A stretch of 64,000 nucleotides of DNA from a bacterium. GTDB taxonomy: Bacteria; Actinomycetota; Acidimicrobiia; Spongiisociales; JAENVV01. The notes beneath the pieces were generated by a model, which had not been told where the DNA came from, did not search any database, and worked only from the letters and a program-made list of their open reading frames with translations. This document shows positions 38,551 through 46,989 of the stretch, one piece after another. Position numbers and translations under genes: made by a program. The stretch's first letter is position 1. Every line of letters begins with the position of its first letter. The stretch is taken from assembly GCA_024641305.1 (NCBI GenBank), contig JAHEDI010000006.1, positions 24,149 through 88,148 of the forward strand, in the 5' to 3' direction.

Positions 38551-38964
38551 ATGAAGCGAATCACAATCCTGGCCATCGCAGTGTTGATGGTGATTATGAC
38601 TGCGGCTCCGGCATTTGCCGCCCAGCCGGCAAGCGGTCCGATCACCCCCGACTTCATCTACGCCGATGGAGATCTATACGGAACGATCTTGCAGGGCTCG
38701 CTGCCGTACAACGGGCACAACAAGTCATTCGACCAACTCTTCCTGGTCCCCGACCAGCAGCCTGTCGCTGAATCGAATCGCGGCCAGGGCTACAACGGAG
38801 GACGTTGGCTTCCGACGCCCGTAACCAAGACCGTGGACTTTCCCGCCGGGCACATGGTCACGTCCGCAGCAGAACTGGCTCAGGCCGAGGCTGATGGCTG
38901 GGTGGTAATCGGAGACCCGATCACGGAAGCCGCCTTTCTTTGCCCGCTAGTCCCCAACCATTGA
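38551..38964 (+). CDS. Secreted hypothetical protein
   Basis: Trimmed to MKRITILAIAVLMVIMTAAPAFAAQP (Sec signal peptide). Confidence 0.5.
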   Translation: MKRITILAIAVLMVIMTAAPAFAAQPASGPITPDFIYADGDLYGTILQGSLPYNGHNKSFDQLFLVPDQQPVAESNRGQGYNGGRWLPTPVTKTVDFPAGHMVTSAAELAQAEADGWVVIGDPITEAAFLCPLVPNH

Positions 38965-39041
38965 CCTGAACCGACCATCGAAAAGGTTCTGGTCGGGCGT
39001 ACGCCGGACCGGAAGCTTTTCGAGGTTTCTACACTCCCGGT

Positions 39042-39368
39042 GTGCCACATATCGATATCACCGACACCTCACTAGGCATTGGACGGGTTCCAATCCTGTC
39101 CGACATCGCGCTGGCCTTAACCACTGGAAACGTCGCCTGGCCGAGCAGCCCGAACGTAGCGCCCGACGTCGCGGCCGAGATTTCGCAGGGCCAAAGTGAT
39201 CGACAGATCCTGGACGGCCCGGCGAATAGCGTTGGAGATAAGGTCATCATCGATCCATCGACATCAGGCCTCGGCTTGGCGTTGTGGGCGGCCCCCGGAC
39301 CGGCCACATTGATCGGTGGCTGGGCAACGCGGCCCCTTCGACGAGACCATGGGGCAGATTCGCCATGA
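39042..39368 (+). CDS. Hypothetical small protein
   Basis: 108 aa ORF whose TGA overlaps the ATG of the next gene (ATGA at 39365..39368). No recognisable domain. Confidence 0.3.
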   Translation: MPHIDITDTSLGIGRVPILSDIALALTTGNVAWPSSPNVAPDVAAEISQGQSDRQILDGPANSVGDKVIIDPSTSGLGLALWAAPGPATLIGGWATRPLRRDHGADSP

Positions 39369-40111
39369 ATCCGGAAGACCTGCTCTTTCAGGTTCAACGA
39401 GATCTCGCTGAGGTCCAGGAACAACGCGCGAGCGGCGAACTCGACGAGGTCACCGCCAGTCGCCTCACCGACACCTACCAAGCAGAGATCGCCCGAGCAC
39501 AAGGTGCTGACGATCAGGTAGACCCGGCCTCAACCTTGTCGCTTTCTCGGGGCCGGTTGATGGTAGGAGCGGTCATACTCGCCGTTACCTTCGCCGGAAT
39601 CACGTGGGCTGCCAGTGGTGCTTTGGTCGGGCGGGAACCCGACGCTTTTTCTGAACCCGATCGTCAGGTCGATCTTGCCACCTTCAGTAACGAGCAAATG
39701 ATCGAAGTGATCAACGCTAACCCTGACATACCCGAGGTCAACCGTATGCGCCTGGCGCTGGCAGAGCGATATTTCGAAGCGAGCGAGTACTCAAATGCGT
39801 TGACGTGGTACCAGGTTGTGCTCGATTCCAGACCCGCTCCGGCCGACGAATCTGAAGCTCTTGCTCGGATCGGCTGGATGATCCTCGAGTCGGGCCAGCC
39901 CGACCACGCGCTGCGATTCGAGAACCTGGCCCTGGAAGCCAACCCCGCCAACCTGGAGGCCAACTTCTTCCGGGGCCTGGTGTATGCCCGGCTTGGCCGG
40001 ACCGAGGAGGCACTGGCTGACCTACGATTGGTCTCCGACAGCCCGGACGTGCCTGACGACGTCCGCTCCGTGGTCGCGAACGCCATCGCCGCCCTTGAGG
40101 ACGGCTCATGA
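39365..40111 (+). CDS. TPR-repeat membrane protein
   Basis: Trimmed to MNPEDLLFQ. One TM segment (LMVGAVILAVTFAGITWAA), then TPR-like repeats. Confidence 0.55.
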   Translation: MNPEDLLFQVQRDLAEVQEQRASGELDEVTASRLTDTYQAEIARAQGADDQVDPASTLSLSRGRLMVGAVILAVTFAGITWAASGALVGREPDAFSEPDRQVDLATFSNEQMIEVINANPDIPEVNRMRLALAERYFEASEYSNALTWYQVVLDSRPAPADESEALARIGWMILESGQPDHALRFENLALEANPANLEANFFRGLVYARLGRTEEALADLRLVSDSPDVPDDVRSVVANAIAALEDGS

Positions 40112-40290
40112 AACCCTCCCGGATCGCCTGGCTTGGTACATTGGTTTGATTGTCGGGGTGATCGTTCTGAGGTGAACATGCCGCTATGGACTCAGCCTGT
40201 GCATCATCGAAGACACCAAAGTCGACAAAACGACCGGTGTAACGGAGACCGGCACGCTGCAGGGCTCACCAAACGATTGACGACACCCGC

Positions 40291-41697
40291 CTAACGACAG
40301 CCGGCTATCTCGGGAGCGTCGAGTCCAGCCAGTCCGTCGCCCTTCCCCTTCAAGTATCGATCAAAGAAAGAGACGAGCTGCGATTCAACCAGCTCACTAC
40401 TCCGAATAGGGTCGAGGGAACCGCCGATCCCGAGATACTTTGACAGTGGCGACAGCCGCGGGAGGAGGGTGAAATCTCGGTGAGCGGTTCCCATGATGCA
40501 TCCGAAGGACACAACGTCGGCTGAGGCCTCCCGCAGCGTGGCGAGAGGGATCTCGTTCGGCTCACTGAGCCAGGCTTCTGAACGAAGGATCGCCATCGGT
40601 ACGTGAACACCGTCGGCCAGAATCGCCTCATCAACCGGCTCGACCCAGGGATCGAGGCCGTACACCGCCGAGCACCGATCGTCGGTAGCGCAGAACTCGA
40701 TCGCCGCCCCCCCGCCGGTTGAATGGCCGAAAACCCCGATGCGACTCAGATCGAGGCGGCCCGCCATCGGGCCGTGGGCATTGAGGTCCTCGACAGCTAT
40801 CAGGGCCTGGCCGATGTCCAATCGAAAGATGTCAACGAGTGTCTCAGAGGCGGCCGCGTATGCCGCGTCGCCGACCGTTTCCTGGTCGGGAAGGGCGACC
40901 GGATCAAGGGCCGCAAAAGTCGCCCCGTCATCGATGGTGGTTCCCAGAGCGCCGTACGTGTGGTCGATGGCCACGACAACATACCCGGCGGCGGCCAACG
41001 CCTCAGCTTGCGGGAAGGCCACCGTCCGGAAACCGGCCCACCCGTGCGAATACACAACAACCGGATACGGTTCAGATGCGACGGCAACCGGCGCATCGAA
41101 CACGCTGCCCATGGTGGCGTTGCGTAAATGGTTGAGCGCAAACGAAGGCAGTCCGAGGTAGGCGGCGGTGGCTGGAGCAAAGTCGTCGAACGAATCGACA
41201 AAAGGAGCCAGAGGCCCATCACTCGGTTCGGATGGATACCAAATCTGGAGGGTGATCTGGCGGAAGCCACCCGGATTCGGTCCATAGAGCTCCACCCGGT
41301 CAGGACTCACCGATCGCACGGTCATGGTACCGATCGGCGTCGTTGGAGCAGCCAACTGAACCACCGGAAGAGCCAGTGTTGGAATAACCAGCACTCCGAT
41401 CCCCAGAACCCCTGAGAGGCCCTTGCCCAGTTGAGTGACCCGCCGCCGAGGTGCTTCCGGAGATTCCGGGGTGGGCGACACGATCTCCCAGGCGGTCGCC
41501 ACTGAGAGAATCACGACGAGGAGGTAGATGGGATAGAGCTGCCATCGGATGTCTTCAACGCGAACATGCATGAACAACGCCCCGGCGGCGGCCAGAATCG
41601 GTATCCATCCAAAGGGCCGACGCGGCAAGCCGGTAACGGACGGCCACAGGACGAATCCGGCCAACGATCCAACAATTACCAATTCCCACATGCTCAT
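40291..41697 (-). CDS. Membrane-anchored alpha/beta hydrolase (PAF-acetylhydrolase/dienelactone-hydrolase-like)
   Basis: 468 aa. N-terminal TM segments, then VVVYSHGWAGF and GHSTGG nucleophile elbow. Confidence 0.6.
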   Translation of the reverse strand: MSMWELVIVGSLAGFVLWPSVTGLPRRPFGWIPILAAAGALFMHVRVEDIRWQLYPIYLLVVILSVATAWEIVSPTPESPEAPRRRVTQLGKGLSGVLGIGVLVIPTLALPVVQLAAPTTPIGTMTVRSVSPDRVELYGPNPGGFRQITLQIWYPSEPSDGPLAPFVDSFDDFAPATAAYLGLPSFALNHLRNATMGSVFDAPVAVASEPYPVVVYSHGWAGFRTVAFPQAEALAAAGYVVVAIDHTYGALGTTIDDGATFAALDPVALPDQETVGDAAYAAASETLVDIFRLDIGQALIAVEDLNAHGPMAGRLDLSRIGVFGHSTGGGAAIEFCATDDRCSAVYGLDPWVEPVDEAILADGVHVPMAILRSEAWLSEPNEIPLATLREASADVVSFGCIMGTAHRDFTLLPRLSPLSKYLGIGGSLDPIRSSELVESQLVSFFDRYLKGKGDGLAGLDAPEIAGCR

Positions 41698-41706
41698 GCG
41701 GCGAAT

Positions 41707-42444
41707 CTACACAGCTTTGAGATCGAAACCGTACGGCAATTCGAGGCGATGGACCGCCATCATGTCCGGATCGCCGAGCAGTTCCCTGGTTCCGCCATCG
41801 GCTACCAACTTTCCAGCGTCGATAATGACAGCTCGTTCACACAACTCAAGGGCGTAGGGCAGATCATGGGTAACCATGAGCATGGTCACGTCAAGGCCCT
41901 TGAGAATCGTGGCCAGCTCTCTCCGGGAGGCGGGGTCAAGGTTGGAGGAAGGCTCGTCAAGCACCAGAATTTCGGGTTTCGAAGCAAGAACGGTCGCCAC
42001 CGCCACCCGGCGGCGCTCGCCAAGCGAAAGGTGGTGTGGAGCGCGGTCGATGGCGTGCACCATCTCGACCGCGCCGAGTGCGTCCAGGACACGCTGGTCG
42101 AGTTCGTCACCCGAAACGCCGAAATTGGCTGGACCGAACGCGACGTCCTGACGGACGGTTGGCATGAACAATTGATCATCGGGATCCTGAAATACCATTC
42201 CGACTCGGCGCCGAATGTCCATCACCGAAGTGTCGTCGAGCGGCGTTCCCCCGACCACCACTCGTCCGGGTGGAGGCATGTGGATGCCATTCAGATGGAG
42301 GACGAGCGTGGTCTTACCCGCCCCGTTCGGGCCGAACATCGCCACTCGCTCTCCTGCCCCGATCTGGAGATTCACCCCATCGAGCGCCTTGAGACCACCC
42401 GGATAAGAGAACGTGAGATCGGTAACTGAGATCGAGGTGCTCAT
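41707..42444 (-). CDS. nikO: ECF-transporter ATPase (CbiO/NikO-type)
   Basis: 245 aa. Walker A GPNGAGKTT, signature LSLGERRRV, Walker B ILVLDEP. Confidence 0.85.
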   Translation of the reverse strand: MSTSISVTDLTFSYPGGLKALDGVNLQIGAGERVAMFGPNGAGKTTLVLHLNGIHMPPPGRVVVGGTPLDDTSVMDIRRRVGMVFQDPDDQLFMPTVRQDVAFGPANFGVSGDELDQRVLDALGAVEMVHAIDRAPHHLSLGERRRVAVATVLASKPEILVLDEPSSNLDPASRRELATILKGLDVTMLMVTHDLPYALELCERAVIIDAGKLVADGGTRELLGDPDMMAVHRLELPYGFDLKAV

Positions 42445-43208
42445 CCGGAGACCACCAGGGCAACCGCCGCCGTAATGACCGCCAATCCGGGCAATGCCAA
42501 TGCCCGCACCACATCGGCGGTCGACGTCAGGACGTCGCCAAACGTCGGCATGGAGCCCGCGTAACCGCGTGCCACCATCGCCATGTAGACCCGCTCCCCC
42601 CGCTCGTAGGAGCGAATGAACAGCGCCCCGGCAGAGGTGGCGAGTGCCTTCACCTGCCAGAAGGCCTTGGGTTCGTAGCCGCGGGCGGCCATCGCCACAC
42701 GCATACGCGCCATCTCGCCACTTATCACCTCGAGATAACGGACCATGAAACCCGCAATCGCCACGATGGCTTTCGGGGCACGCAGGCGGTTCAGGCCGGC
42801 CAGAATGTTTGGAATCTCCGTTGTGGCTGCCAGCAGAATCGAACCCACGACGCCGCAGGAGCCTTTCGCCAGGATCGTCCAGGCGGCGAGAACCCCGGCC
42901 TCGGACAATCTGACTCCGCCGAATTCGAGAAATGGGCCTTCCCCGACCAACGGGAGCAGCAGTGCAAATGCCAGAAATGGCACCTCAACGAGCATTCGCC
43001 GGGCAATAAACCGGACCGGTACCCCGGCCAGTCCGGCCACCAGACCGAGCACCGATGCGTAGAGGCCAAAAGCCCAGACGGCTCGCGCGGGCGTTGCTAC
43101 CACCGCAACGACGAACAAGAACAGGGCAGCCACCTTCAGATGGCCGGGCAATCGATGCACGACCGAGTGCCCATGAATATGGAGAGCATGCGCGTGGCCG
43201 CCACTCAT
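42441..43208 (-). CDS. nikQ: ECF-transporter transmembrane T component (CbiQ/NikQ)
   Basis: 255 aa, CbiQ-family hydrophobic profile. Overlaps its neighbours by 4 nt. Confidence 0.8.
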   Translation of the reverse strand: MSGGHAHALHIHGHSVVHRLPGHLKVAALFLFVVAVVATPARAVWAFGLYASVLGLVAGLAGVPVRFIARRMLVEVPFLAFALLLPLVGEGPFLEFGGVRLSEAGVLAAWTILAKGSCGVVGSILLAATTEIPNILAGLNRLRAPKAIVAIAGFMVRYLEVISGEMARMRVAMAARGYEPKAFWQVKALATSAGALFIRSYERGERVYMAMVARGYAGSMPTFGDVLTSTADVVRALALPGLAVITAAVALVVSG

Positions 43209-44161
43209 ACCGGTGACCTGCGTCGCAATATAGTAAAGGTAAGCCAGCCCAGAAGAAACGTCACGACCATACCCACCGCAGCAGCCACAATCCGGCCAGC
43301 TCCATCAGAAAGACCGGCTGCCCCGTAGTTCGACAGCGGGGAGGTGGCGATCAAGCTTCCCTGAGCTTCTTGTGCAAGCCCGGTCTGCTCGGCTACCCAC
43401 TGCAACCCGTCGGGGTTCGAGGAGGCGAAGACGGTAAGTGACACCAGCATCGCTGCGGCGACGCCGGCGAGAATCCAAAATCGTTTCATGGGCAGCCGGG
43501 GACTACCTTCGGCGCGCAGGTCGCTCGCTCCAAATACCAGATCAGGTCGGGCCTGAAGGACCGCCCCGACGACCGCCACTGTGATGAAGCCCTCGCCGAT
43601 GCCGATCAGGAGATGGGAGCCAGCCATGAGCAACAAGACGTTGAAAAGGTTGACTCCACCGACCCCACCGATGGCGTATTCGACGACAAACATAACTGCG
43701 GACACCACCACGGACAGGGTCGCCGCCACAAATGAAGCACCGAGAACTGCCCGCCTGGACGGCCGGAATGGAGCCCGGACCAATCGGAACATGAACCAAC
43801 CACTCAGCGTCGTAACCACGGCCATGTTGATCAGGTTTAGGCCGAGTGCCGAGACCCCGCCATCGGCGAACAACATAGCCTGGAGGATGATCACAACTGA
43901 GACGACCACCACTGCCACTGATGGACCCATCAAAATGGCCGCAAGCGCACCGCCGAGTAAATGGCCGCTCATGCCTGGTAGCACCGGGAAGTTGAGCATT
44001 TGCAGCACAAATACGAAGGCCGCCACCAGTCCTGCCAGAGGGATCTGACGGTCCTTGAGACGAGCTGCTGATTGGCGGAGGGCTCCACCGACGCCGCCGG
44101 CGGCAATTACTCCTGCCCCAAGCGACGTGGTGCCGTCAATAAAGCCATCGGGAATGTGCAT
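43205..44161 (-). CDS. nikM: Ni/Co ECF-transporter substrate-capture component NikM/CbiM fused with an N-like C-terminal region
   Basis: Start set at ATG 44161 so the product begins MHIPDGF, the CbiM/NikM N-terminal metal-binding signature. The track's TTG 44179 adds only MQEAIP. Confidence 0.8.
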   Translation of the reverse strand: MHIPDGFIDGTTSLGAGVIAAGGVGGALRQSAARLKDRQIPLAGLVAAFVFVLQMLNFPVLPGMSGHLLGGALAAILMGPSVAVVVVSVVIILQAMLFADGGVSALGLNLINMAVVTTLSGWFMFRLVRAPFRPSRRAVLGASFVAATLSVVVSAVMFVVEYAIGGVGGVNLFNVLLLMAGSHLLIGIGEGFITVAVVGAVLQARPDLVFGASDLRAEGSPRLPMKRFWILAGVAAAMLVSLTVFASSNPDGLQWVAEQTGLAQEAQGSLIATSPLSNYGAAGLSDGAGRIVAAAVGMVVTFLLGWLTFTILRRRSPV

Positions 44162-44173
44162 AGGGATCGCCTC

Positions 44174-44190
44174 TTGCAAGCTGCTTGCAA
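44174..44190. promoter_or_regulatory. Nur-box-like operator TTGCAA-GCTGC-TTGCAA upstream of nikM
   Basis: Perfect 17-bp palindrome read from the sequence. Matches the Streptomyces Nur consensus tTGCAA-N5-tTGCAA. A Fur-family regulator is encoded 700 bp upstream. Confidence 0.6.
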
Positions 44191-44227
44191 TAACTATACG
44201 GCGATTCCGAGCCGACCGTGAATCAGG

Positions 44228-44848
44228 TTATCCGGCCGTCTCGAGAAGGGAGTCGAGTTCCGCCCGAAGAACCTCTTCGCCGGCTGCACCAGCCCACGAG
44301 GTCTTCACGATTCCATCGTGGGTGATGAGCACGGAAACCGGTTGATAGGGAATCCCATAGGCAGAAAAAACCTTCTCATCGGTGTCTAACCCCCACAACA
44401 CGTTGCCGGACGGAAGCAGTTGGGATGCCCGTTCGGTCGTGTCTTGCAGGGATCCCTTCCACGCCACCGCCAGGAACGTCACCTGGTCTGCATAGTCAGC
44501 CGAAACTTTGTCGATAACGGGTAACTCCCGCTGGCAGGAACTTCACCACTCGGCCCAGAACACCATGTAAACCGGCCGCGACCCTTCCGACAAGGTGAAG
44601 GTCGACCCGTCTGCGAGTACCAGTGAAAAATCGGGGGCAACCGGACCCTCTACCCCGGACGGAGCCCGATCCAACGGCGAGACGGCCGGATCCGCAGTGA
44701 CGACTGAAGTTGTTTCAGTAATGGGCCGGGCAAGTTCGGTCGTGGTCGGTGGATCTCCGGCACCTTGGATCGAAGTGGCCGTGCTCCCGGCCCCGCAGGC
44801 GCTGAGCACGAGGCCAAGGGCGACGAGAACTTTGGCGGAACGGTTCAT
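44228..44848 (-). CDS. Candidate selenoprotein, TlpA/ResA-like thioredoxin-fold lipoprotein with U-x-x-C active site (in-frame TGA at 44545..44543)
   Basis: Track ORFs 44543..44848 and 44228..44482 are in the same frame, separated by one TGA. The joined product is ...VYMVFWAEW-U-SSCQRELPVIDKVSADYADQVTFLAVAWKG..., which aligns to WASWCxPC of TlpA/ResA. Lipoprotein signal MNRSAKVLVALGLVLSAC. A hairpin follows the TGA. Confidence 0.6.
44516..44532 (-). promoter_or_regulatory. SECIS-like hairpin downstream of the in-frame UGA of the TlpA-like gene
   Basis: On the mRNA this is AGCGGG-AGUUA-CCCGUU. 6-bp stem including one G-U pair, 5-nt loop with G21 U22 relative to U1 of UGA. E. coli fdhF has G23 U24. 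Confidence 0.35.
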
Positions 44849-44880
44849 ACGAGCAAGTTTGCAACAGATCGGAATCTAAC

Positions 44881-45327
44881 TCAACCTAAGTTCCCCGAAT
44901 GTTCACAATCCCGACAATATCCGCCCAGGGCAAAGTGTGATGGGTTGACGGTGAATCCGTAGGAAGCGTGCAATTCCTCGAAGAAGCCGCCCAGTGCTCC
45001 GGCGGGCACGTCGATAGTGGAGCCACAGTTATCGCAAGTCAAGTGGTGATGAGATTCTGACTCACTCAGATGGATCACCCCGGGGCCGTGCCCGAGATGG
45101 ACATGATGGACAACCCCCAGCTGTTCGAAGACCTCGAGCGTCCGATACACTGTCGAGGGGTTGATGGCCTGCTTGGCGATTTTCTGGGCCGCATCGTGCA
45201 CGCCCGCCGAGGTCAGATGTTCGTCGTGCCCATCGGCAATCACCTGGCAAATCGCCCGACGAGCGGCGGTTAGCCGGAGGCCTTTTGCCCGCAAAACGGC
45301 AATCAGGTCATCGGCGGCGACCTGCAT
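44881..45327 (-). CDS. Fur-family metalloregulator (Nur/Zur-like)
   Basis: 148 aa. Winged-helix N-terminus, HHHLTCDNCG and CRDC metal sites. Lies upstream of a Nur-box-controlled nik operon. Confidence 0.8.
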   Translation of the reverse strand: MQVAADDLIAVLRAKGLRLTAARRAICQVIADGHDEHLTSAGVHDAAQKIAKQAINPSTVYRTLEVFEQLGVVHHVHLGHGPGVIHLSESESHHHLTCDNCGSTIDVPAGALGGFFEELHASYGFTVNPSHFALGGYCRDCEHSGNLG

Positions 45328-46346
45328 TACCGATCCATCTCCTGGCTAAGCGTGATAACTCGTTGGAGCACCTTTTCGGCCGCCCCCGAATCAATCGAGG
45401 CTTCGGCGAGCGGAATCCCATCGGCAATCGACGGGGCTTTACCGGCCGCCGCGATCCCGGCCGCCGCATTGAGGACCGCAATGTCTCGCCGGGGTCCGGC
45501 CTCGCCGGCCAGCACGCTTCTCAGGATCATGACGTTCTCGCCCGCGTCACCACCCACAAGGTCCTCCAGCTTCGCCCGCTTGAGTCCATGATCGGCCGGC
45601 TCGAAAGACGACTTCCTGATGACACCGCCAGTGAACTCAAACAACGTCGAAGGACCGATCGTCGACAGCTCGTCGAGGCCATCGTCCCCATGGAACGCAA
45701 AAGCCCTAACCGCACCAAGGTTGGCCAGGACACCGATCATCTTTTCGGCCATTTGTGGGTCAGCCACGCCGAGTGCCAGGTGTTGAGCCGTGGCAGGGTT
45801 GGTCATCGGGCCAAGGAAGTTGAACACCGTCGGAATCCCGAGTTCCGATCGCACCGGGCCGGCGTGCCGCATGGCCGGGTGGTAGTTCCGGGCGAAGAAG
45901 AAACCGAATCCTTCTTGTTCGATGAGTTGCACCGTCCTGGCCGGCTCCAGGTCTATGACCATACCAAGGGCTTCGAGAACATCCGCTGATCCGCACTTCG
46001 AAGAAGCCGACCGATTGCCGTGTTTGGCCACGGTGCAGCCCGCTCCTGCCGCAATAAACGAGGCCGTGGTTGAAATGTTGAACGTCCCGAATCCATCGCC
46101 ACCGGTGCCAACGATGTCGAGCACCGGGCGATCGATCGCCACGCGAATCGATGCCTCGCGCATCGCCTCGACCAAACCCGTCAGCTCGTCGGTCGTTTCG
46201 CCCTTTATCCGAATGGCGACGATGAACGCCGCAATCTGAGCGGGGGTCGCCCGACCCGACATAATCTCGGTCATCGCTCGATGCGCCTGATCTCTCGTCA
46301 GGTCAGTGCCCTCTGAAAGCGGTTTGAGCGTGCTTGACCACTGCAT
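45327..46346 (-). CDS. trpD: Anthranilate phosphoribosyltransferase
   Basis: Trimmed to MQWSSTLKPL. GTGGDG and NISTTASF TrpD motifs. Stop overlaps the fur-family start. Confidence 0.85.
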   Translation of the reverse strand: MQWSSTLKPLSEGTDLTRDQAHRAMTEIMSGRATPAQIAAFIVAIRIKGETTDELTGLVEAMREASIRVAIDRPVLDIVGTGGDGFGTFNISTTASFIAAGAGCTVAKHGNRSASSKCGSADVLEALGMVIDLEPARTVQLIEQEGFGFFFARNYHPAMRHAGPVRSELGIPTVFNFLGPMTNPATAQHLALGVADPQMAEKMIGVLANLGAVRAFAFHGDDGLDELSTIGPSTLFEFTGGVIRKSSFEPADHGLKRAKLEDLVGGDAGENVMILRSVLAGEAGPRRDIAVLNAAAGIAAAGKAPSIADGIPLAEASIDSGAAEKVLQRVITLSQEMDR

Positions 46347-46418
46347 AATATGAAGCTCCGGGCTACTGGTGTGTTGCGCGCATCGTAGTCGCCGCACCGC
46401 CATTCGATCACAGTTTCG

Positions 46419-46949
46419 GTGTTCACCGGCGGTGGCACTACCATAGGACGGCAAGATCTCACGAATTGCAGAAAGGAACTCGCCGCGGTGTCTGATACGA
46501 CCCTGTACTTCTCATATACGGCGCTCATGTCGCCATATCGTCTCAGGGACGTAGCACCTGGAGCCGAGTTCCAGTTCATCGCCCACCTCCCTGAAACCAA
46601 GCTCATCTTCCCGTTCGAGCTCGAAGTTGGGGCGGGCGCTCTGCCATCGGTTCGTCCCGAACCAGGGAACACGGTCTGGGGGGCGATGTTCGCCGTCAGC
46701 GATCAGGACCTCGAAGCGATCAGCGCAGCGGAACTCGAAGAGCTGCGCTCCATAACCTACGACTTCAAAGCGGTCGATCGCGAAGGCAAGCGCCACAGCG
46801 TTGTTACCCATATCCATGCGGATACCTCAGATCGGGTGGCGCATCCGTCCAAGAAGTACATGGGCCAGATCGTTCTGGGTGCCCGGCATTGGAAGCTGCC
46901 AACCGGCTGGATTGCCGGACTCGAAGAGCACATGGACAACCCTGCGTAG
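46419..46949 (+). CDS. Gamma-glutamyl cyclotransferase-like (AIG2/GGCT family) protein
   Basis: YFSYTALMS..VWGAMFAV pattern. True start possibly GTG 46488. Confidence 0.5.
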   Translation: MFTGGGTTIGRQDLTNCRKELAAVSDTTLYFSYTALMSPYRLRDVAPGAEFQFIAHLPETKLIFPFELEVGAGALPSVRPEPGNTVWGAMFAVSDQDLEAISAAELEELRSITYDFKAVDREGKRHSVVTHIHADTSDRVAHPSKKYMGQIVLGARHWKLPTGWIAGLEEHMDNPA

Positions 46950-46989
46950 TTGCCAGACCCGACCGCCCAGGCGGTCAACGATCCACCTT

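Noticed and set aside
44162-44179. TTG start for nikM at 44179
   Set aside because: ATG 44161 yields the canonical MHIPDGF N-terminus. The TTG would place the start codon inside the Nur-box palindrome.
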